NCBI GenBank assembly: GCA_938050045.1
Contig: CALLJS010000004.1
Location: 7,434-71,433, forward strand
Length of the DNA: 64,000 nucleotides
Origin: an uncultured Sphingomonadaceae bacterium
Lineage (GTDB): Bacteria; Pseudomonadota; Alphaproteobacteria; Sphingomonadales; Sphingomonadaceae
Direction of reading: 5' to 3'
Shown here: one piece after another, positions 40,402 to 48,882 of the stretch
Layout: every line of letters begins with the position of its first letter
Numbering within the stretch: the stretch's first letter is position 1
Position numbers and translations under genes: made by a program
The notes under the pieces: generated by a model
The model's input: only the letters and a program-made list of their open reading frames with translations
Told to the model about the DNA's origin: nothing
Databases searched by the model: none

Positions 40402-41703
40402 TTATGCTTTCTTACGGTGAAAATCCAGTGGGATAACATTCCCATAAGCAGGTCGATCATAATGTTCTTCCTCAACCTGCCTCATATCAGCTTTCATAAA
40501 TTCTGCAATAGCCAATGCTGCGCGGTGCGAAGAGGAGCGTTTGGGATCGAAGTCAAAACTGTCTAAAAATGTTTCATTTTGTATTTTGGCATATTGGGGA
40601 TCTAATGTTTCGGATCGCAATAAAGCCTGTTCCAAACTATCAAGTTTATCAATGACTTCACCAAAGTTCCAAAATTTATAATAATCATTATCTTGCCATT
40701 CAGCATCGTGCGAATTGATGAAAATGGCAGAGCGCGGACGCTCGATAAATTCGTAAATCTGGCTGCTAACATCCCCCATATAAATATCGGCGGCGCGGGT
40801 ATAGGACATATCCACCGAATTTATGCTGCCCGTATCAATATGGATGTGAGGAAGGCCCTTAAAGCGTTGCGGCAAGGTACGGCGTATCTTCACCTTGCGA
40901 TGTTCAACCGATGCCAAAAATGTGCGTTGGAACAGCATGACATGCGGTGCAAAGATTAAATTATAGCGGTCTTGATTGGCAAAATAATCGAGGATTTTCT
41001 CGCCATAATCGAACCATGACGATAATTTAGGATCGAAATGCGGATTGTATAATATAATGGGTTTATCATTGTCGAAGAATTTTTTGCGCGTTCCTAATGT
41101 GGGCGAATCAAATTTGGGATAACCGACAATTTTATTAGCATCGGGGCGAATGACATCTGCTTTTAGCATCTGGGTTTGTGTTTTTTTACCCGGTAGCAAG
41201 ACCAAATCAAAATGCCGATTGCTGGATGAGAATGAAATCTGACGATCGCCCGCGCCGTGCGGCATCAATATCAATTTCACCTGATCCACCTTAAGATGCG
41301 TGCGCAGCACCGTGCTGGTGGTCTCGGGAACCACCAAAGCATCATATTGCGCGAGTAATTTTCTGTTGCTGAGCAAATCGCTGATGCGGCGAATGGGTAT
41401 GATGCCGCCCAATATTTTTTCAACGATGTGCCAAAATTTATTTTGCTGCAAGGCATGGAAAGGAGGGCGTTTCAGGCTTGGATCCAAATGCGAGGACACC
41501 GCCTCTGTTTGCGCTTGGCTAGAGGTTAATATCTCAATCTGTGCGTTGGGGGCAACGCGCTGCAACCACGGGATAATAGGCGCGCTGTGGGCGATTTGGT
41601 GCAAACCATCATGATTGAACAAAAACCCAATGCGCAAAGCTTTATCAGTAGGCAAAGCATGCAAATTATTTGATTTTTCTTGTTCCATGACAATATTATC
41701 CAT
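40402..41703 (-). CDS. TagF-like CDP-glycerol/alditol-phosphate transferase family protein (tentative)
   Basis: By-eye resemblance to the TagF catalytic half: LMPHGAGD, YNPHFD, AADIYMGDVSSQIYEF. Not verified by an HMM search. Confidence 0.4.
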   Translation of the reverse strand: MDNIVMEQEKSNNLHALPTDKALRIGFLFNHDGLHQIAHSAPIIPWLQRVAPNAQIEILTSSQAQTEAVSSHLDPSLKRPPFHALQQNKFWHIVEKILGGIIPIRRISDLLSNRKLLAQYDALVVPETTSTVLRTHLKVDQVKLILMPHGAGDRQISFSSSNRHFDLVLLPGKKTQTQMLKADVIRPDANKIVGYPKFDSPTLGTRKKFFDNDKPIILYNPHFDPKLSSWFDYGEKILDYFANQDRYNLIFAPHVMLFQRTFLASVEHRKVKIRRTLPQRFKGLPHIHIDTGSINSVDMSYTRAADIYMGDVSSQIYEFIERPRSAIFINSHDAEWQDNDYYKFWNFGEVIDKLDSLEQALLRSETLDPQYAKIQNETFLDSFDFDPKRSSSHRAALAIAEFMKADMRQVEEEHYDRPAYGNVIPLDFHRKKA

Positions 41704-41797
41704 AAACGTACAAACTAGAGTATTGAGACCAATTAGGGCTGAAATGTGTCAAGAGTATGGTTGAAATATTGAATTATTAATTGGCGAACCAAATATT

Positions 41798-43282
41798 ATG
41801 AGCGAAAAAGATAATATCTCGAGAGAGGGTAGCAATAGCGCGCGCGATTTTATAGACCTACGCCGCGCCGTTATGGCTACTTTTTCCAGCTCTTTGGCAC
41901 GCTCTATTGCGCGTGTCTTGCTGATAATATTTGTTGTCGATTTATATGGTATTGGCAGCTTTGGCTATTTAGGCGAAGTCGCCGCAACCGTTGAGCTATT
42001 GGCGGCTCTGGCTTGCCTTGGTTTACCCAAAACAATTATGGCCTATTTTGACCGCGATAGAGAAAGCCCAGAAAATAGCGCAAATTTGGTGGCCAATGCC
42101 TTGGGCCTGACGATGCTAATGGGGGCGGGGTTGAGCCTATTAATGCTCATAATATGGCCTTTATTATTTCCAATTGATGCGCATATTCCGGCCTATGCTG
42201 CGCTTGCCATTTTCTTCATTTGCACCACCGAAATGATGCTGACCTTAACGCGCTCTCGCCGTATCATTAAATGGGAATCTATCGTTAAAGGATTAGTGAA
42301 ACCTTGGGGTTTTTTCATCCTTGCAATGGTGGGATATTTTCTCATCCAGCGTTATGATTATGAATCGATGATGGTCTTGATTGCGGCTTATTTTCTATCG
42401 CTGATAATATCGGCATTATTTGCTTTTGTTGGGATGGTTCAAATTTTAAAAGATGGCCAAATAGCGATTGGGAAAATCACCATAAAGGCGATGGCAGGGT
42501 TGGCCAAAGAGAGCGCCCCTATCGCTATGGTTGATGCAGCCAGTTTTGCGTTTCGACGGTTGGATATTATAATTTTGGGCGCGATGACAGGATCAAACGT
42601 CACTGGCGTTTATTATTTGGGGCAACAATTAGCCACAGTGGTTGAAAAAATGCGCCATTTATTCGAACCGATGGCAGCCCCTATATTGGCACAAACGCGC
42701 TCCACGCAAATTATCGCAGACTATCTGCAAAAAACCTGTCGATGGGTGTTCGCAGCTAGCCTTGGCAGCGCAATATGTTTTGCATTATATGCACAGCCTT
42801 TGATGGCATTATTCGATGTATATTTTGCCGCTGCTCTATTATTTATGAGCCTATTATTATGGGGCGAAATAGCCGATGGGTCGAGCGGATTGATCGAATT
42901 ACCAATTATTTTTAGAGACCCTCTAATAGCATCGCGCAATGTCATGATTGCTCTGTGTATAGAGGCGGTGAGCGTCGCAATAGGGGCTTTTCATTTCGGT
43001 ATATTGGGCGCTGCTTCGGGCTTTGCTGTGGGCATGATGGCGCTGTGTGGTTTGCGGCTTTATAGCGCGAAAAAACTCTATGATATGCGCATCATTGATA
43101 GCAGCTATTTCAAACCTATAGCAGCCGCTTTATTGAGCATAATGATTACAGTAATGGTGCGCGATTATCTGTTATCCTATCCCTATATTGGTCTAATATT
43201 TGGGGTGTTATTGTGCGGCGGGATATTCCTATTTGCGCTCAAACTTATGGGTATTTCTATGAAAATTTCTGACAATAGTTAA
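41798..43282 (+). CDS. Wzx-like MOP-superfamily polysaccharide flippase (copy 1)
   Basis: 494 aa, about 12-14 TM segments, located in a polysaccharide locus. Confidence 0.65.
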   Translation: MSEKDNISREGSNSARDFIDLRRAVMATFSSSLARSIARVLLIIFVVDLYGIGSFGYLGEVAATVELLAALACLGLPKTIMAYFDRDRESPENSANLVANALGLTMLMGAGLSLLMLIIWPLLFPIDAHIPAYAALAIFFICTTEMMLTLTRSRRIIKWESIVKGLVKPWGFFILAMVGYFLIQRYDYESMMVLIAAYFLSLIISALFAFVGMVQILKDGQIAIGKITIKAMAGLAKESAPIAMVDAASFAFRRLDIIILGAMTGSNVTGVYYLGQQLATVVEKMRHLFEPMAAPILAQTRSTQIIADYLQKTCRWVFAASLGSAICFALYAQPLMALFDVYFAAALLFMSLLLWGEIADGSSGLIELPIIFRDPLIASRNVMIALCIEAVSVAIGAFHFGILGAASGFAVGMMALCGLRLYSAKKLYDMRIIDSSYFKPIAAALLSIMITVMVRDYLLSYPYIGLIFGVLLCGGIFLFALKLMGISMKISDNS

Positions 43283-43375
43283 ACGCTAATTTGGGGCAAT
43301 ATACTTAAGATTTAGACGCTACTAAAATGCTTCTTTTATTTACGCGATAGTAACCAAAAAGGGTTACACCATGCT

Positions 43376-45679
43376 ATGGACCGAAGTTTCACTCTGAATG
43401 ATGCGACAGAAAGCACTGCTCAGGATATTGATCTTGATGCCGAAAATGCTATTGATAATGCGCAAGAAATTGCTTTGCTAAAACGCCGCTTGAAGCGCAG
43501 TGAAATGGCAAGGGAAGAAGCCGAATCCCTATTAGAGAGTAAAAGCAGACGTCTAAGCAAATTGGACGATCAATTACGGCAAAAAGAAGAAGAGTTGATC
43601 CGTAAAGTAGATCAGACGCAACAATATTTGGTAAATGCCCAACGCTTGGCTAATGTCGCCACCTTTCATATTGACGAAGATGTGCGCTTTGTGGGTTCGC
43701 TCAATTTCTCTAAAATTGTTGGCTCGAAATCTGAAGTCAATAATATCAGACAATTACGTGCCATGGTTCATAGGCGCGATATTGATGATATTGATGCGAT
43801 TATCAAAAATGCCATGTTGGGCGGGTTAATTGGTAATGCTCTAGAGCATGATGTGCGCGTGCTGGATGATTATGGACGTATCCGCTGGTTGCGATGGTCG
43901 GCGCAACAGATTGTTAATGCCGATAATGGCAAGGTTGATTGCTATGGAGCGGTTCGCGATATTACCGTTGAACGGCGCGCGGAACGCCATGAAAAAACGC
44001 TGTTGGCCCTGAGCGAGCGACGCTATAAACAGTTGCAAAAAATGTCCGCTCAATTATCCGATCGCGTTAAGGCTATGGAAATGATGAGCAATGCCTTGCG
44101 CGATGCGCGCGAAGTAGCGATTCGGGCTAATAAATCTAAGTCCCGTTTCTTGGCGATGATGAGCCATGATATTCGCACACCAATGAATGCTATTTTGGCA
44201 ACATTAGAATTATTGAGCCTATCTAAATTGGATGAAGTGCAGAAACGGCAATTAAAATTGGTGCAAAATAGCGGCGATCAATTGCTATTCCTGCTAGCTG
44301 ATATTATTGAATATGCCCGATCGGATGGTTGGTTGATTGAAATAGAAGCCCAACCCATTGCCGTCGATACTGTTATCAGCAATACAGCCGATACGTGGCG
44401 GCAATTGGCGCATAAAAAAGATTTGGACATTCAAACCGATATAAAAATGGATGGTGGTAATTATATCAAAACCGATCCAACACGGGTGCGTCAGTTGCTG
44501 GATAATTTGATAAGCAATGCCATTAAATATACCGATAATGGTATCATTACGATTAGCGCGACTATTAAGTCTGATAAGGATGATAATATATTAAGGGTTA
44601 GCGTTTCTGATACTGGTGATGGGATTAGCGAATCGGTGCAACAAATGTTGTTTGAAGATTTAGAGCGCGGCGAACATCAAGATGATTTGAATATCCAAGG
44701 CAGCGGATTAGGTTTGTCCATTTGTCGCCGCATTGTATATGCTATGAATGGCGATATTGGCGTAGAAAGTAAATTGAATCAGGGCAGCATGTTCTGGTTT
44801 GAAATTCCAGTTAAAACCACGAACGAAGAAGATTATCTCTATAATCAAGTCAGCGAGAAAACTATTCAAACATTGCTGGCAAATGGGCGACGCCCAAAAT
44901 TATTAATAGCCGAAGATGTGGCTGCTAACCGCATGGTTTTAACCTCTATGTTGGAAAAATTAGGGTGCGATTATGAAATTGCTATCGATGGCCGTCAAGC
45001 GGTTGAAATAACGCAATTGCATAAATTTGATGCCATTTTGATGGATGTCTCTATGCCGCGCATGAACGGGATGGAGGCCACTAAAGAAATACGCTCACAA
45101 GGTAAGGAAACCCCTATTATCGCCGTTACTGCCTTTGCTGCCGATGACGAAAAAGAAGCGATTATGGCCTCGGGTATGGATGGTTTAATTTCTAAACCTA
45201 TTAGCATCTCATCGCTATATCAATCGCTCGAAACCATCTTTTGTGGTGCGGATAATAATGATTTGCACCGATATTTGGGCAATGGTGAAAATGATAATCA
45301 TAACCGTGCCTCGGTCCCCGATTTTGATGTTATAGATTATATTGATACCGAAAAATTACACCATCAGCTAATATCTGTCCCGCCCGAAATGCGGGTTAAA
45401 TTACAAGAAGCAATTGTCGATGATTTGGGCAGTTGGTTCAGGCGTTTTCAAAGCGCTTGGCAAGCATCGGATGACCAGGAAATATCGGCAGCTAACCATG
45501 CCTTAAAAGGGATTTGTAATGGCTTTGGGGCGCATAAATTAATATCATCAATCGAGAGTTTGCGCGCCAAATCATCGATAGGGGATGCAAAAGCTTTGAC
45601 GCAAGTGATTGAAATTTATGACCATACGGCCTCTTCGTTTAAGAATGCAGCCGCGATAATAGACGAACGCAACGGCTAA
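43376..45679 (+). CDS. Soluble hybrid sensor histidine kinase: coiled-coil, PAS, HisKA, HATPase, REC, HPt
   Basis: H-box SRFLAMMSHDIRTPMNAI. N box DNLISNAIKYT, G boxes DTGDGI and GSGLGLSI. Receiver ILMDVSMPRMNG. C-terminal HPt motif NHALKGICNGFGA. No hydrophobic TM stretch. Confidence 0.9.
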   Translation: MDRSFTLNDATESTAQDIDLDAENAIDNAQEIALLKRRLKRSEMAREEAESLLESKSRRLSKLDDQLRQKEEELIRKVDQTQQYLVNAQRLANVATFHIDEDVRFVGSLNFSKIVGSKSEVNNIRQLRAMVHRRDIDDIDAIIKNAMLGGLIGNALEHDVRVLDDYGRIRWLRWSAQQIVNADNGKVDCYGAVRDITVERRAERHEKTLLALSERRYKQLQKMSAQLSDRVKAMEMMSNALRDAREVAIRANKSKSRFLAMMSHDIRTPMNAILATLELLSLSKLDEVQKRQLKLVQNSGDQLLFLLADIIEYARSDGWLIEIEAQPIAVDTVISNTADTWRQLAHKKDLDIQTDIKMDGGNYIKTDPTRVRQLLDNLISNAIKYTDNGIITISATIKSDKDDNILRVSVSDTGDGISESVQQMLFEDLERGEHQDDLNIQGSGLGLSICRRIVYAMNGDIGVESKLNQGSMFWFEIPVKTTNEEDYLYNQVSEKTIQTLLANGRRPKLLIAEDVAANRMVLTSMLEKLGCDYEIAIDGRQAVEITQLHKFDAILMDVSMPRMNGMEATKEIRSQGKETPIIAVTAFAADDEKEAIMASGMDGLISKPISISSLYQSLETIFCGADNNDLHRYLGNGENDNHNRASVPDFDVIDYIDTEKLHHQLISVPPEMRVKLQEAIVDDLGSWFRRFQSAWQASDDQEISAANHALKGICNGFGAHKLISSIESLRAKSSIGDAKALTQVIEIYDHTASSFKNAAAIIDERNG

Positions 45680-45687
45680 GACTCAAA

Positions 45688-45732
45688 TCATTATTCGGCC
45701 AATCACTATTCGGCCAATCACTATTAGGATCA
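45688..45732. repeat. About 2.5 tandem copies of a 15-bp unit (TCA[T/C]TATTCGGCCAA)
   Basis: Read directly, starting 9 nt after the kinase stop codon. Confidence 0.85.
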
Positions 45733-45743
45733 GGGCTCTGGGC

Positions 45744-45784
45744 AAAAAAAATGCTAAAATAGCAGAGCTATTCTAGCATTTTTT
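45744..45784. terminator. Bidirectional rho-independent terminator between convergent genes
   Basis: A-run, 12-bp stem with one mismatch (ATGCTAAAATAG / CTATTCTAGCAT), 5-nt loop, T-run. Confidence 0.7.
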
Positions 45785-45826
45785 GGGTGGGTGTTTGTCA
45801 CTAATTAAATTAGCTATATGTTATTT

Positions 45827-47299
45827 TTAATAGGCGCCTTTGCCCGTTATGACGGCTGGGATGGTGCGGAATATTAATTTAATATCCTTCCACAAAGATT
45901 TTTTCTCAAGATATTCGACATCCAAATCGACTTGCTGTTCAAAGGGAATATCAGCGCGACCAGAAACTTGCCATGTGCAGGTGATGCCAGGTTTTCCGTC
46001 CAACCTTTTGCGTTCTTTATCGCCATAAGCAATAACCTCATTGGGCAAGGCAGGTCTTGGCCCAACTATGGACATTTCGCCTGTTAGCACATTCACAATT
46101 TGCGGTAATTCATCAATAGAGGCACGGCGAATAAATTTGCCAACGCGCGTTACTCTTGGGTCTTTCTTCATTTTGAAACATACAGAATCGCGTTCATTCA
46201 TATCGCTTAATTCTGCTTTTCGGGCTTCTGCATCGCTATACATAGACCGAAATTTCCAAATCTTAAATGGCTTACCATCTTTGCCGATACGGGTTTGTTT
46301 GAATAAGGGTGAGCCTTTATCTTCTAAGGCTATGAGCAAGCAAAGCGCAGCAGCTATCGGCCCCAATAAAATTAATGCAACCAATGCGATCGTCATATCC
46401 AAACCGCGTTTCATGATATTTTTATATCGTTCTTTATAGCCTCTGCTCTCGAGCGCATAAATTACGGCGCGCGATAAAAACTCAATATTACCCGCAAGAT
46501 AGCGTCCCGCCAACCTTTTGGGTTCGCACATAAACCGCCAGACCCATTCCATATGCATTGTGCGCATTAATTTTGGGGCTCTTGGGATTCTACCAGAATA
46601 ATAATCAAACAAACCGCCGACGCCCATCACCACAGCCGCAGTTAATTTATCACGATTTTTATTGATCCAAACCTCTTGATGCGGAACACCCATGCCGACC
46701 AAAACTATAGAAGCTCCAGATGCATTGATGGCGGCGATAATTTCGTCTTCCTCTTTTTCTTTATCATAATATCCATGCTGCGTACCAGCGAACTTTAGCC
46801 CAGGATAGCTGTTGCGCATATTCTTACTAGCCGCCGCCGCGACGCCCTGTGCGCCCCCCAATAAAAATAAGGATTGACCAGCGATATTTGCTTTTTCGCA
46901 CAGAAGCGGAAATAAATCGGTACCATTTAGGTTGTTGATATAGTCTGTACCAGCCATTTTCCCAGCTAATTTTACGCCAGCACCATCGGGCAAAATCGCA
47001 TCAGCATTTTTGAGGGCTTCTTTATAGTCTGCATTTTTGCGAGAGATGTTGACGCAATGCGCGTTGATAAAATGCAATGTGTTCTTTTCGCCCAAAGCTG
47101 CAGCCTTTACGATTGCACTAGCTGTATCTTCTAAGGAAGAATTAACCAGCGGTATTTGAAAGAGAGGAATCGATTTTTTGCGATTGAGGTGCAAACCCAA
47201 ATTGGTGGTATCGGCATCGATATTAGAAATGGTGGACTGACCGTTCATTGCTTCTAATTTAAGCCGTGCAAATTGATTGTTGATGTCAATATAACTCAT
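45827..47299 (-). CDS. Fusion protein: WecG/TagA/CpsF (GT26) glycosyltransferase N-domain plus bacterial sugar transferase (polyprenyl-phosphate phosphoglycosyltransferase) C-domain
   Basis: The N-half has GT26 motifs (INAHCVN, LPDGAGV, GVPHQEVW, RAPKLMRTMHMEWVWR). The C-half has PGT motifs (PLFKQTRIG, KFRSM, DPRVTRVG, DELPQ, SIVGPRP). Confidence 0.85.
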   Translation of the reverse strand: MSYIDINNQFARLKLEAMNGQSTISNIDADTTNLGLHLNRKKSIPLFQIPLVNSSLEDTASAIVKAAALGEKNTLHFINAHCVNISRKNADYKEALKNADAILPDGAGVKLAGKMAGTDYINNLNGTDLFPLLCEKANIAGQSLFLLGGAQGVAAAASKNMRNSYPGLKFAGTQHGYYDKEKEEDEIIAAINASGASIVLVGMGVPHQEVWINKNRDKLTAAVVMGVGGLFDYYSGRIPRAPKLMRTMHMEWVWRFMCEPKRLAGRYLAGNIEFLSRAVIYALESRGYKERYKNIMKRGLDMTIALVALILLGPIAAALCLLIALEDKGSPLFKQTRIGKDGKPFKIWKFRSMYSDAEARKAELSDMNERDSVCFKMKKDPRVTRVGKFIRRASIDELPQIVNVLTGEMSIVGPRPALPNEVIAYGDKERKRLDGKPGITCTWQVSGRADIPFEQQVDLDVEYLEKKSLWKDIKLIFRTIPAVITGKGAY

Positions 47300-47331
47300 A
47301 TCGCGTCTCCATATAATTATGGTGATATAAG

Positions 47332-47347
47332 AGCATAATTTGTGCCA
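47332..47347 (-). promoter_or_regulatory. Sigma-54 type -24/-12 promoter motif for the GT26-PGT gene
   Basis: The minus strand reads TGGCACAAATTATGCT. GG and GC are at consensus spacing, about 35 nt upstream of the ATG at 47299, with a GGAGA RBS in between. Confidence 0.55.
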
Positions 47348-47453
47348 AATAGGGTAATGTTCTCAAATTCAAACCTTTATATGGTTAATGCTATATAAGG
47401 GATTACTGCATTGAAAAATAGAGATAAATTTATTCTCAATTTACGAATATGAT

Positions 47454-47496
47454 ATTGCAAAATGCAAATTATTCTGCCCCATATTTGCATATTGCT
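47454..47496. promoter_or_regulatory. Candidate enhancer (UAS): TTGCA-AAA-TGCAA palindrome plus TTGCA-TAT-TGCTA near-copy
   Basis: Perfect inverted repeat at 47454-47466. A one-mismatch copy lies at 47484-47496, 30 bp centre to centre. Both lie between the two divergent -24/-12 motifs. Confidence 0.45.
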
Positions 47497-47549
47497 AAAT
47501 CAAATAATATTAATTTATTTAAGACATTGTAATATTTGATTTTATTTTT

Positions 47550-47565
47550 TGGCACGGCTTTTGAA
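47550..47565 (+). promoter_or_regulatory. Weaker sigma-54-like -24/-12 motif for the wzx-GT2-GT2-GT4 operon
   Basis: TGGCACGGCTTTTGAA: the -24 half is perfect, but the -12 half has GA instead of the conserved GC. It lies 31 nt upstream of the ATG at 47596. Confidence 0.35.
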
Positions 47566-47595
47566 TAATAGTCTGACTAAAGATTAGGACAGAAT

Positions 47596-48882
47596 ATGAA
47601 AACAATGGCGATGAAATTGAAAAATAGCTTTGCAGAAGGCGGAAGCTTGCCAATCATCAATGCATTGATGGCTTATGGTTCAGCGCAATTGGCCATTCGT
47701 TTGGTGCGTTTGGTTGTGGTTATCATCATTGCGCGGCAATTGGTGCCAGAATTGGTCGGCGTTGCGGCTCTAACATTGACGATATTCGAACTTACCCGCG
47801 TCCTAGCCAATATAGGCGTTGGTCAAAAAATTATATCCTCGACCAATGCTGACTTTGAAAAAACATGCAATAGCGCGCATAGAATATTTTGGATTTGGTG
47901 CCCTGCGGTTGCCGCTGTGCAATTGCTCATGGCGCTGGGACTATATACTATATTTGATCAATATTTATCCGCAATGATGCTCGCTTCGCTCTGCTTGGTA
48001 TATTTCTTTATGCCGGGTGGTTTGGTGCAATGTTTTCGTCTTATGCGGGCAAAGAAACTATCAACCTGCGCCAAAATTGACGCTATTCAAACGATCAGCG
48101 ATCATATCTTAACCTGCGCGATGTTGATGGTATGGATTAGCCCTTGGTCGATCGTGCTGCCCAAATTGCTTACGGCACCCATTTGGCTCATCATGATGCG
48201 CCGCAGTGAAAGCTGGAAACCCGATGCATCGCTGGGCTTTATTGAATATCGCTCTATGGTGCGATTTGGATTGTCGGTATTAATCACCGATAGTTTAATC
48301 GCTATCCGCAGCCAAGCCGATAAATTGATAATCGGTGCGATGTTGGGCGTCAGCGCATTGGGCACTTATTATTTCGCCTTTAATGCGGGCATTGGCATAG
48401 TATCTGCTCTGATAACCGCGTTTGGCACAGTGATATATCCACATTTGTGCAACAATGAATTAGCCGCACAACAGCGCGATAAAATGAAATTAGCGATAAT
48501 GGCTGGCCTTGCCATTTTTGGAACTGCCGCCGCCGCGCAATATATTTTAGCTCCTTATTATGTGCCGATCATTTTCGGTGAAAAATGGAACCATGCGACG
48601 CAGCTAATCCAGATATTGGCATTGGCATCTATTCCCATGATTTGCCTAGCTTTGACCACCGGTTGGCTTCGCGCCAATGACCGCGCCAATATTGATGCAT
48701 GGGCAGGGTTATTGGCCAGTGTGTGCGCATTGGGCGCGATGGCAATAGGCGCTCAATATGGCTTAGTTTCGGCGGCGATGGCCTGGGTTGTGGGAACAAC
48801 GCTAATCGCCATTCCATTTGCATTGACAATTTTTATCCCATTATTTCGACTTAATATCCCCAAATTTCAACCAGGAGTATGA
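47596..48882 (+). CDS. Wzx-like polysaccharide flippase (copy 2)
   Basis: 428 aa, multi-TM, first gene of a glycosyltransferase operon. Confidence 0.65.
   Translation: MKTMAMKLKNSFAEGGSLPIINALMAYGSAQLAIRLVRLVVVIIIARQLVPELVGVAALTLTIFELTRVLANIGVGQKIISSTNADFEKTCNSAHRIFWIWCPAVAAVQLLMALGLYTIFDQYLSAMMLASLCLVYFFMPGGLVQCFRLMRAKKLSTCAKIDAIQTISDHILTCAMLMVWISPWSIVLPKLLTAPIWLIMMRRSESWKPDASLGFIEYRSMVRFGLSVLITDSLIAIRSQADKLIIGAMLGVSALGTYYFAFNAGIGIVSALITAFGTVIYPHLCNNELAAQQRDKMKLAIMAGLAIFGTAAAAQYILAPYYVPIIFGEKWNHATQLIQILALASIPMICLALTTGWLRANDRANIDAWAGLLASVCALGAMAIGAQYGLVSAAMAWVVGTTLIAIPFALTIFIPLFRLNIPKFQPGV

Noticed and set aside
41704-41797. Sigma-54 promoter or LuxO-type box in the module A divergent spacer
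   Set aside because: TTGGCGAACCAAATAT lacks the -12 GC and abuts the start codon. No TTGCA-N3-TGCAA is present.
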